45,686 bases of DNA from a virus. Shown piece after piece: positions 1 to 7,096 of this stretch; position 1 is the stretch's first letter; the number at the start of each line of letters is the position of its first letter. Where the stretch lies: positions 1 through 45,686 of the IMG/VR virus record IMGVR_UViG_3300045988_032761, one strand, 5' to 3'. Made by a program: the position numbers and the translations under genes. Under the pieces are notes generated by a model. The model made no database searches and was not told the DNA's origin. It saw only the letters and a program-made list of their open reading frames with translations.

Positions 1-99
1 ATTTTTTTTTACCTTTGATTTCTTCTTTCTCTTTTGAGTTTTGAATGGAGATTTCTTTCCGGTAAAATGTGTAAAATTATTTGCTCCCATTATTTATCA
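1..99. repeat. Terminal direct repeat, copy 1 (identical to 45588..45686)
   Basis: Compared base by base with the last 99 nt of the window. No mismatches seen. Confidence 0.9.
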
Positions 100-191
100 C
101 CTATTGTATTTCCTTTCCCCTCTACCTATAATGCATTTACAGGCACCGACATGCCGAGTATAACGAAAGGGGAATTATATGGTTGAAACAA

Positions 192-512
192 TTACACGGC
201 TGTATCATTGCCACAAGATTCACAAACACGTGACTGTTTATGAAGAGTATGAGGTTTCTGATAGCGGTCGCCACCTACTGCGGTGCTCATGTCCATATCA
301 TCAATACACGGAAATGAAGCCGCACTGTGATGGGCATAATGACCATGGTTTTCAATGTGGTTATGCAAAAAATCAATAACCAGGCTCACTAACTCATCTG
401 GTCGCTCGCTTGGCGATAGGTAACAGTAAAGCCGTAGGTCACATTTGCAACAGTCTCCACCAGATTCTTTGCAGTGTTGGCTGACGGCTTTGTTAAATTG
501 TAATGCGTCCAT
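192..512 (-). CDS. Cys-rich early protein, unknown function
   Basis: ATG immediately follows the stop of the upstream gene, with SD AAAGGAG 6 nt upstream. N-terminal cysteine cluster GGDCCKCDLRLYC. Confidence 0.6.
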   Translation of the reverse strand: MDALQFNKAVSQHCKESGGDCCKCDLRLYCYLSPSERPDELVSLVIDFLHNHIENHGHYAHHSAASFPCIDDMDMSTAVGGDRYQKPHTLHKQSRVCESCGNDTAV

Positions 513-731
513 TTATTCTCCTTTCTGCTCTGGAATTTTCGGTTCAAGAAACTTGTCAGTCCCAACAGATAACGCCCCGCAAATTAATTCGTATTCATCG
601 AAATCTAATCTGCGATTTCCATTGAGAGAAAGATTGAGTTTCTGAACAGGAATGCCAGTTTTATTGGCGACAAATGTCTGTGTTATGCCGTTGTTCTCAA
701 GGTATGACTTAATTTTTTTACCAACGCACAT
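513..731 (-). CDS. XRE-family HTH regulator, Cro-like (first gene of the minus-strand lytic operon)
   Basis: HTH signature KKIKSYLENNGITQTFVANKTGIPVQKLNLSLNG. The ORF extends to 767, but the ATG at 731 has SD AAAGGAG at 8 nt. Divergent from the CI-like gene. Confidence 0.8.
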   Translation of the reverse strand: MCVGKKIKSYLENNGITQTFVANKTGIPVQKLNLSLNGNRRLDFDEYELICGALSVGTDKFLEPKIPEQKGE

Positions 732-778
732 TTTCATTTCTCCTTTCTGTTTGAATTTCGTTCTCATCGAACAATTAC

Positions 779-807
779 AGTATAACTTCGAACTATCCGA
801 ATGTCAA
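779..807 (-). promoter_or_regulatory. Sigma-70-type promoter for the minus-strand (lytic) operon
   Basis: Minus strand reads TTGACA (807..802), 17 nt, TATACT (784..779). Confidence 0.6.
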
Positions 808-857
808 GAAGAAATTTCGAGAAAATCGAAATTATTTTATTGACAGTTCGAAATTTC
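787..857. promoter_or_regulatory. Operator motif set of the genetic switch
   Basis: GAAATTTCGA (811-820) and its exact reverse complement TCGAAATTTC (848-857). TCGAAATT again at 826-833, forming the inverted repeat AATTTCGA-N5-TCGAAATT. TTCGAA at 787-792 lies inside the minus promoter spacer. Confidence 0.6.
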
Positions 858-868
858 TATATTATTAT
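840..868 (+). promoter_or_regulatory. Sigma-70-type promoter for the CI-like gene / lysogeny module
   Basis: TTGACA (840-845), 17 nt, TATTAT (863-868), then SD AAAGGAGGA before the ATG at 893. The operator copy at 848-857 lies in the spacer. Confidence 0.6.
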
Positions 869-892
869 TAATCATGAAAGGAGGAACCGATA

Positions 893-1237
893 ATGACATT
901 TGGCGAGAAAATCAAGCAAGCCAGAACGGCAAAGAAGCTGACTCAGAAGCAACTTGCAGAAAAAATCAATGCAAAGCATAATTCAATTAGCGACTGGGAA
1001 AAAGATAAGTGTAAACCAGATATGGACACCATTGAGCTTCTATGTGGCGCTTTGGAAGTAACACCGACATACCTCATGGGTTCTAAAAGCGATGACGATT
1101 ATGCAATCATAATTGGAAATCTTATGTCAGAACCTGACATCTTAGATTTTATCGAGGAATACAAAGCACTCGATAAAGAAGATAAGAAAGCAATAAAACA
1201 AATAGTTTCATCGCTAAACAAAAAGAGCAAGGGTTAA
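893..1237 (+). CDS. XRE-family HTH repressor, CI-like
   Basis: FGEKIKQARTAKKLTQKQLAEKINAKHNSISDWEKDK HTH. Strong SD. Heads the plus-strand lysogeny module that ends with the integrase. Confidence 0.85.
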   Translation: MTFGEKIKQARTAKKLTQKQLAEKINAKHNSISDWEKDKCKPDMDTIELLCGALEVTPTYLMGSKSDDDYAIIIGNLMSEPDILDFIEEYKALDKEDKKAIKQIVSSLNKKSKG

Positions 1238-1258
1238 TCCCCTTGCTTCTTTGATTTT
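1226..1258. terminator. Stem-loop terminator after the CI-like gene
   Basis: AGCAAGGG-ttaatc-CCCTTGCT followed by a T-rich tract (tctttgatttt). Confidence 0.55.
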
Positions 1259-1350
1259 AGATATTTGATAAGAATTGTATAGACAAATTTTAACTTGCCC
1301 TCATTTTCAGTATTCTCTATCATCTCAATAATTTCTTTCTTATAATCCAT
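1234..1350 (-). CDS. Possible 38-aa ORF (MDYKKEIIEMIENTENEGKLKFVYTILIKYLKSKKQGD)
   Basis: Below the ORF-track cutoff. SD GGGAGGG about 6 nt upstream of the ATG. Its stop overlaps the stop of the CI-like gene. Confidence 0.3.
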   Translation of the reverse strand: MDYKKEIIEMIENTENEGKLKFVYTILIKYLKSKKQGD

Positions 1351-1422
1351 AAATAACCCTCCCTGTCGCAACTACCACCTACACTACAGTATATGTTCGG
1401 CTGTGGGAAATAGAACCGAACA

Positions 1423-1755
1423 TTAGTTCGTTTTTGCTATTATACCACCTATCCCGACTCTTGGCAACTGCCAATGATATACATGGATTTTCGCCATTTC
1501 ATACATAAACTTTGCAATCTCAAAGAAAATTATGCTTTCATAGAAGAAAAATGCGAGATCACAAACTTTTCCACCGCCGTTGTTTGTATGTGGATACTTC
1601 TGGACAGAATGCTCCTGATATACCATATACGAATGAACTATCTGCATATCTTTCTGATTATTATTGGAAATTATCTTTTGTGGGGTATGTACAAGACTAA
1701 ATACCTTATAGATCAGCAAGAGAAGTACAAAGCACTTAAAACATTTCTTTTTCAT
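1423..1755 (-). CDS. Uncertain ORF in an AT-rich spacer (signal-anchor-like N-terminus MKKKCFKCFVLLLLIY)
   Basis: Weak SD only. A competing plus-strand ORF at 1474..1779 has no SD. Strand and reality are unresolved. Confidence 0.25.
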   Translation of the reverse strand: MKKKCFKCFVLLLLIYKVFSLVHTPQKIISNNNQKDMQIVHSYMVYQEHSVQKYPHTNNGGGKVCDLAFFFYESIIFFEIAKFMYEMAKIHVYHWQLPRVGIGGIIAKTN

Positions 1756-1782
1756 CTAAATCACTCTATTTCGTTCTAAATC

Positions 1783-1811
1783 TTTACAATATGCTCTTAA
1801 AATGATAAAAT
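1783..1811 (+). promoter_or_regulatory. Candidate promoter of the moron operon
   Basis: TTTACA (1783-1788), 17 nt, TAAAAT (1806-1811). Confidence 0.35.
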
Positions 1812-1928
1812 AAAAATACCACGAATAACCGTACTTTACATAATATTGCAAAATCAGCGGTACAAAATACATAATCCGCATGAAAAGTGCGAAGCGTGGC
1901 GAATAAAGCTATTAGGAGGAACGATTCT

Positions 1929-2504
1929 ATGAATAAGAAAAAGGCTGTCGCAATGTTCCTGACTGCTACATTTACTTTGACTTCTTCTGTTCCGGTTCTG
2001 GCAGGCGGGAAGGACGTTACCGTTACTGTCCCAAGCTACGGGTTCGAAGAAGATGATGATACTTCATCAGTACCAGAAGCAAAGGAAGCTGTTGTAAACG
2101 AGGATGGCTCCATCACCTACACTCTCACAAAGAAGCAGCAAAAAGAATGGAAAAAGGCCGTAAAATCCAACTTTGATGATTATATCAAAGATATCCTGGA
2201 TGACGATACTAATTATCCAAACGTTGAGGACATCACATACAATAATGATATGACTGAGTTCGAAATTGATCTTGCTACTACTAATATAGCACAATCTGAA
2301 CTCTTCATTGGATACATCGCACTGTTTACAGCTCCGGTGTATCAGCAGGTGAATGGGGTGGCTGAAAAAGATGTTGATTATAAGGTCACAGTCAAAGACT
2401 CCTCAACCGGTGAAGAGACTGTATCAACTTATGCAGAAAATAAGGCTGACTGGGAAAGTCTCAATGATTCTTTCACCATGTACAGCGAAGATACGCAAGA
2501 ATAA
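1929..2504 (+). CDS. Secreted protein of unknown function (moron)
   Basis: ATG at 1929 with SD AGGAGGA. Signal-peptide-like MNKKKAVAMFLTATFTLTSSVPVLAG. The acidic mature part has no recognisable motif. Confidence 0.75.
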   Translation: MNKKKAVAMFLTATFTLTSSVPVLAGGKDVTVTVPSYGFEEDDDTSSVPEAKEAVVNEDGSITYTLTKKQQKEWKKAVKSNFDDYIKDILDDDTNYPNVEDITYNNDMTEFEIDLATTNIAQSELFIGYIALFTAPVYQQVNGVAEKDVDYKVTVKDSSTGEETVSTYAENKADWESLNDSFTMYSEDTQE

Positions 2505-2524
2505 TCAAACGGAGGAATAACAAT

Positions 2525-2713
2525 ATGGCTAAGAAAATCAAATGCCCACGTTTTGGATGCGGCAGTACTGACGTTGAATATCTGTCGGGCAACCAGAAAA
2601 CAACCCTTAACTTAAATCCGCTGCATCCTTTTACTCTTGTCAACACAAAGCCAAAGGGCAAACAAACATTCAGATGCAAGAAATGCGGGCGGGTATTCGA
2701 AGTAAAACTTTAA
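2525..2713 (+). CDS. Small zinc-ribbon protein
   Basis: CPRFGC ... CKKC pairs (two CxxC-type knuckles), SD GGAGGA. Confidence 0.7.
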   Translation: MAKKIKCPRFGCGSTDVEYLSGNQKTTLNLNPLHPFTLVNTKPKGKQTFRCKKCGRVFEVKL

Positions 2714-2722
2714 GAGGACTAT

Positions 2723-3484
2723 ATGAAACACGTATTTAATTTTTACAAAAAACATAAACTCGCAGCATTCTTTACAGCCTTGTGGTTTTTGTTTATGACG
2801 TGCATCACTGTTTCTGGATTAAGAAGTGGAAACGCCCAAGGCCCTGTCGAAGTAGGCTCGGGAATCTTTGCAGGAATCATCATGTTCATTCCCGTAGCAT
2901 TGATTATTGCTGCATTATCGGCAATGCTGTCAAAAATAATTGCCACTTTAAGTGAAATCATACATATTAACGGAACTGATAACGATGGTTTAGTTGACCC
3001 TGTTATTCCAGAATATAATTATCACTCTCAAGAGGAACAGCATAGCTGTCAAGAAAAACCGATTATACTTACACCTGAGATATTCCCGGAATTGGTTTCC
3101 GAACCAGAGCCGGAAATTCCACAACTCCCAGTATATGATACAATGGAGGGACACGACTTCGAATACTATTGCGCTGATCTGCTTCGTAATGATGGCTTTT
3201 ATAATGTAGAAGTCACACAAGAAAGTGGCGATCAGGGGATTGATATACTGGCAGAGAAGGCCGGAATCCGATATGGGATACAGTGCAAATGTTATTCGAA
3301 TAATATTGGGAACAAAGCAGTGCAGGAGGCGTTTGCCGGAAAGACGTTCTATCATTGCCACGTTGCAGCAGTTCTGACCAATAGGTATTTTACCCGTTCT
3401 GCGAAACAACTGGCAGAAAAAGACCAAGTACTTCTCTGGGATAGAGACGAACTCGAAAGACTCGTACAAAACGCTGAAAGCTAA
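2723..3484 (+). CDS. Membrane-anchored restriction-endonuclease-like (Mrr_cat-type) protein
   Basis: Two N-terminal hydrophobic helices, a Pro/Glu linker, then HDFEYYCADLL...ESGDQGIDILAEK...GIQCKCY...AVQEAFAGK...VLTNRYFTRSA. This is the Mrr catalytic-domain pattern (D...D/E-x-K). Confidence 0.8.
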   Translation: MKHVFNFYKKHKLAAFFTALWFLFMTCITVSGLRSGNAQGPVEVGSGIFAGIIMFIPVALIIAALSAMLSKIIATLSEIIHINGTDNDGLVDPVIPEYNYHSQEEQHSCQEKPIILTPEIFPELVSEPEPEIPQLPVYDTMEGHDFEYYCADLLRNDGFYNVEVTQESGDQGIDILAEKAGIRYGIQCKCYSNNIGNKAVQEAFAGKTFYHCHVAAVLTNRYFTRSAKQLAEKDQVLLWDRDELERLVQNAES

Positions 3485-3494
3485 ATAAAAAAAC

Positions 3495-3525
3495 CGCCCG
3501 GTATTGGCGTACCGAGACGGCGTTT
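3495..3525 (+). terminator. Possible terminator of the moron operon
   Basis: Interrupted stem CGCC-CGGTA...TACCG-agac-GGCG followed by TTTAT. Confidence 0.4.
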
Positions 3526-3659
3526 ATACATCTCTGAAGAGATGCTATATTCTGGCAAAACATATTGTATCATCTTCGGAGCGGTCGAACAAGACAGAAA
3601 ATTTGTTCGGCTGTTATTTTTATACCTAAAACAGCTACATAAAGAAAAGAGGAATAAAA

Positions 3660-4838
3660 ATGGCGAAGAAGCGAAAAAAATATCCAAAATTGCCGAATAA
3701 TTTCGGCTCTATCCGGTATCTTGGCAAGAACCGGAGAAACTGCTTCGCAGTACATCCACCAGCTACACCGGACGATAATGGTAAACTAAAACGTCCGCCG
3801 GCGATCTGCTACGTTGATGACTGGATAAAAGGTTTCACTGTCCTGACAGCATACAAAGCCGGCACGTATCAACCCGGCATGGAACGGACTCTTGAGGTGT
3901 CTCCTACGACCGATATAGATACCCTTATAAGTCGCTTAATTGCCGACTACAATACAATCAAGGGTGTAGAGGATAAACGCCCGGAAATCAAGAAATTGAC
4001 GTTCTCAGATGTATATGAGCAGTTTTACGCGTGGAAGTTCCCAGAGGGGACAAAACTGTCATACAGTTCAAAGGAAGCATATCGGACAGCTTACACAAAC
4101 TGTACTGCTCTGCATAATCGCATATTCGAAGATTTAAAGGCTCCTGATATGCAAAAGGTTATTGATGATTGTACGCTAAAAAAGGAAAGCCAGATGATTA
4201 TTTTAACTCTGTTCAAACAGATGTACAAATATGCAGTCTACTCAGAAATTGTAACGGAAAATAAGGCGTTATATGTCCATGTCAACGCCGATAATGACAC
4301 AGAGCATGGGACACCATTTTCCGATCAGGAATTGCAAGTACTGTGGAACAATACCGACGATCCAGAAGTGCAGCTCATTCTTATTATGTGTTACTCTGGC
4401 TGGAGAATTGGGGAAGTACTAAAACTCACAACTAACTTGGAAGAAAAATACTTTCAAGGCGGAATCAAAACAAAAGCCGGTAAAAGCAGAATTGTCCCGA
4501 TACATCCTGCTATATATCATTTTGCTGAACAGAAAGTACTGGCGCAAAACGGGAAGCTATGCGTATATACTCAGCAGCACTATAGAAAAGCGTTGTTCTA
4601 TCCTACACTGAAACGTTTGGAAATAGTCGGCAATCCGAAACACACGCCGCACGATTGTCGGCACACATTTTCTGCCCTATGTGAAAAATATGGCGTCCGG
4701 GAGAACGACCGAAAGCGAATGCTTGGCCACTCCTTTGGTGGAGATATTACAAACGCGGTATATGGACACAGAACACTGGAAGAACTCCGGGCAGAGATAG
4801 AAAAGATAGAAGTTCCGTTTGTGACTAATTGTGACTAA
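3660..4838 (+). CDS. int: Tyrosine recombinase / phage integrase
   Basis: C-terminal catalytic signature GWRIGEV ... HDCRHTFSALC ... MLGHSFGGDITNAVYGH (R..HxxR..Y). Confidence 0.95.
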   Translation: MAKKRKKYPKLPNNFGSIRYLGKNRRNCFAVHPPATPDDNGKLKRPPAICYVDDWIKGFTVLTAYKAGTYQPGMERTLEVSPTTDIDTLISRLIADYNTIKGVEDKRPEIKKLTFSDVYEQFYAWKFPEGTKLSYSSKEAYRTAYTNCTALHNRIFEDLKAPDMQKVIDDCTLKKESQMIILTLFKQMYKYAVYSEIVTENKALYVHVNADNDTEHGTPFSDQELQVLWNNTDDPEVQLILIMCYSGWRIGEVLKLTTNLEEKYFQGGIKTKAGKSRIVPIHPAIYHFAEQKVLAQNGKLCVYTQQHYRKALFYPTLKRLEIVGNPKHTPHDCRHTFSALCEKYGVRENDRKRMLGHSFGGDITNAVYGHRTLEELRAEIEKIEVPFVTNCD

Positions 4839-5085
4839 CGGAACCCATTTTAATCTTTCTAAAACAACCGAAATATCATTATCGAAATGCCGGAAACCCT
4901 ATTAAAATCAACGTTTTCAGCGATTTTACAAGGATTTCCCACATTTCATTTTCATTACTTTAATTTTATTGATTGTGACTAACAAATAGAATTTAGAAAA
5001 TTGTGCAAATGCCTGTAAATACAGTATTTTGGGCACTATTATATTAGGAAACAATATTTTTATTTGTGACTAACGTGTGTCTAAC
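4819..5085 (+). repeat. attP-like region with reiterated arm-type repeats TTGTGACTAA(C)
   Basis: Exact copies at 4819-4828, 4829-4838, 4973-4982 and 5064-5073, all in the same orientation. One 9/10 copy at 5076-5085. Located directly 3' of int. Confidence 0.6.
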
Positions 5086-5137
5086 GATAACAGTCTAAAA
5101 CTTCCGAAATGATACTAAATATGTTTGTAAATAAAGT

Positions 5138-5168
5138 TCCCGGGGAATTAACCCCGGGATGTTTTTAT
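5138..5168. terminator. Bidirectional terminator between int/attP and the endolysin gene
   Basis: TCCCGGGG-aattaa-CCCCGGGA with T-runs on both strands. Confidence 0.7.
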
Positions 5169-6583
5169 ATAGCAATCAAATCTTTCCATGTAGCGGGTCC
5201 ACAGATTCCGTCCACTTCCAGAACTTCTTTTCTGGATTCCTGATAAGCTTTCAGAGCGTAAATCGTGTTTGCATCTGCCGTCCATGTAAGTTTCAGGGCT
5301 TTGCCGTTTTTGCCTTTAAAGCCTCTGGCTCTTAAAATTTCCTGTAAGAGGAGCACAGATGTGTTTTTGTCTCCTGCTTTTACTGTTTCTGGATTAAACA
5401 TATATTTCTCTCCTGTTTGTGCGGTATTAGGCAATGCATTTTCAGATTTTGCGGGTACAGATGCATCAGATGCAATACTATAATCTGGTGTACAGAACTT
5501 AGTTCCGGGCATCTGGCTGTTAAGATAACTCTTTGCACAGACACCGCCGCCATTTGCAATAATTCCAGATGCACCAGAAGTATTTCCCTCGATGGTATAG
5601 AACCTGTCTCCGATTACGGCCGTTACGATGCCGGTATGAGTGAAAGTTCCATTATGATAAAAAATTACAATATCACCGATCTTTGGATTAGCGTTCCTTG
5701 TAAGCAGATTACCAAGTGTTGGGCAGTAAACATAGGGCCAGTGTTTTAACAGTTTTTTTGCTTTTTCCTGTCCGAATGCTTCCATAAAGCACCAACTCAC
5801 GAATGCTGCGCACCAAGGCTGTCCTTGATATGATGGCTTAATGTCTCGCCAGTACTTCGTATAGTTGCTCGAACCGGCGTTCGCAGTCTTACTGTCGAGC
5901 TGACTATTGCTCTTCTTTTCAAGGTATCCAATCTCATTTTTTGCAATGAGAATCACTTTTTCAATAGCTTTATCCATTGCAGAAACCTCCTCTTTGTAAT
6001 CCTTATAGAATACATCCATGTCAACGTTACCACTAATGCCGGATACTTTTCCTCTACTGGAATACTGCCAGCCTACACCAACAGATGGACGCAATCTTTC
6101 CTGTACAGAGCCATTATCACCAGCCGGATAACGAGCAATCCAGCAATCGTACTTTTTCAGGGTGTCTGACAGAACGTTATTGTACCAATCAAGATTGCAG
6201 TAGATACCGACCTTATAACCGGCTTTTTTGATTCTGGTCAGAAATGCTACTGCAATATTCTCAATCGCCTGTTTTCCAAGGTTTCTCTGCTGACTCCATT
6301 CAAGGTCGTAGAAGATTGGAAAGTCCATTCCGCGTCCGCCAAGAACAGAAATTACGCTCTCAGCTTCATCAATTGCCTGTGCCGGTGTCAGAGCGTAACT
6401 GTATTTATATCCGCCGACAAGGATTCCATTTGACTTGCATCCTTTGTAGTTATGCTCAAAAGAGGAATCAGTTCCAGATTTTTGATGGATTCTCAATATT
6501 GCAAACTTAATTTCAGAATTCAATACTTTCGCCCAGTCTGGCTTATTCTGATAAGATGATACGTCAATTCCTTTAATTTCCAT
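5165..6583 (-). CDS. Three-domain endolysin: GH25 muramidase, CHAP/NlpC-like amidase-peptidase, PG_binding_1
   Basis: N-terminal IKGIDVSSYQNKPDWAKV (GH25). Central PWCAAFVSWCF...THTGIV...TIEGNTS (Cys/His CHAP). C-terminal LLLQEILRARGF...VDGICGPATWKDL. Confidence 0.9.
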   Translation of the reverse strand: MEIKGIDVSSYQNKPDWAKVLNSEIKFAILRIHQKSGTDSSFEHNYKGCKSNGILVGGYKYSYALTPAQAIDEAESVISVLGGRGMDFPIFYDLEWSQQRNLGKQAIENIAVAFLTRIKKAGYKVGIYCNLDWYNNVLSDTLKKYDCWIARYPAGDNGSVQERLRPSVGVGWQYSSRGKVSGISGNVDMDVFYKDYKEEVSAMDKAIEKVILIAKNEIGYLEKKSNSQLDSKTANAGSSNYTKYWRDIKPSYQGQPWCAAFVSWCFMEAFGQEKAKKLLKHWPYVYCPTLGNLLTRNANPKIGDIVIFYHNGTFTHTGIVTAVIGDRFYTIEGNTSGASGIIANGGGVCAKSYLNSQMPGTKFCTPDYSIASDASVPAKSENALPNTAQTGEKYMFNPETVKAGDKNTSVLLLQEILRARGFKGKNGKALKLTWTADANTIYALKAYQESRKEVLEVDGICGPATWKDLIAI

Positions 6584-6604
6584 ATTTTCTCCCTTGCACG
6601 TATT

Positions 6605-6766
6605 TTATTTCACTATTCCTGGTTTTGATTCTGTTACTGTCCCATCCTCATTCAGTACATAGCCATCCTTTTGAAGTCTTTCAATTACCTTCTTATTCCA
6701 CAACTCAGGAACATCTGTCCATTTTTTTAGCCCATTGATTACTCGCTCTTCGAAAAATTTAACCAT
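6605..6766 (-). CDS. Small XkdX-like protein (no TM segment)
   Basis: MVKFFEERVINGLKKWTDVPELWNKKVIERL resembles XkdX-type proteins found between fibre and lysis genes. The internal ATG was preferred over the TTG at 6790. Confidence 0.4.
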   Translation of the reverse strand: MVKFFEERVINGLKKWTDVPELWNKKVIERLQKDGYVLNEDGTVTESKPGIVK

Positions 6767-6998
6767 TATTCTTACCTCCGATTGTTGCAACTAATGTAGC
6801 AAGTTCGTCAAGTGCCGAATCATGCGTTGATACAAGTTCAGCTAACCCGTCAATACCATCACCATTAATTAGAATTTTATGATTAGATTCTGCATTGAGC
6901 ATCTGCATCACAACGTCTAACTTCTCAGACATCTCATTCAGCCTGTTTGAAACTCGATTGATGGCTTTGTAGATATTCGCAATTTCTTTTTTATCCAT
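6759..6998 (-). CDS. Coiled-coil protein, unknown function (no TM segment)
   Basis: SD GGAGG upstream. Sits between the fibre and lysis genes. Confidence 0.6.
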   Translation of the reverse strand: MDKKEIANIYKAINRVSNRLNEMSEKLDVVMQMLNAESNHKILINGDGIDGLAELVSTHDSALDELATLVATIGGKNNG

Positions 6999-7096
6999 AT
7001 GTACCTCCTGTTCTTAGCTATTCAACTAAATAATTCATTAATTTGCTTTCCCGATTGTCGCAAATCTTTTTAACCGCCTTACGATTTGCTAGGATT

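Noticed and set aside
1-99. Terminal repeats as attL/attR or transposon ends
   Set aside because: The repeat is a single exact 99-bp end overlap in an intergenic region far from the integrase and attP. This is consistent with contig circularisation rather than integration junctions.
179-379. Plus-strand 66-aa His/Cys-rich ORF with a decent SD (AAAGGGGA)
   Set aside because: It is almost entirely antisense to the 3' half of the minus-strand gene 192..512. That gene has a strong SD and tight operon coupling. A convergent full overlap is unlikely, but this cannot be excluded without expression data.
1474-1779. Plus-strand 101-aa hydrophobic ORF in the AT-rich spacer after the CI-like gene
   Set aside because: It has no SD and competes with the minus-strand ORF 1423..1755. 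Neither can be supported well. The region may be non-coding or may hold a small membrane protein on either strand.
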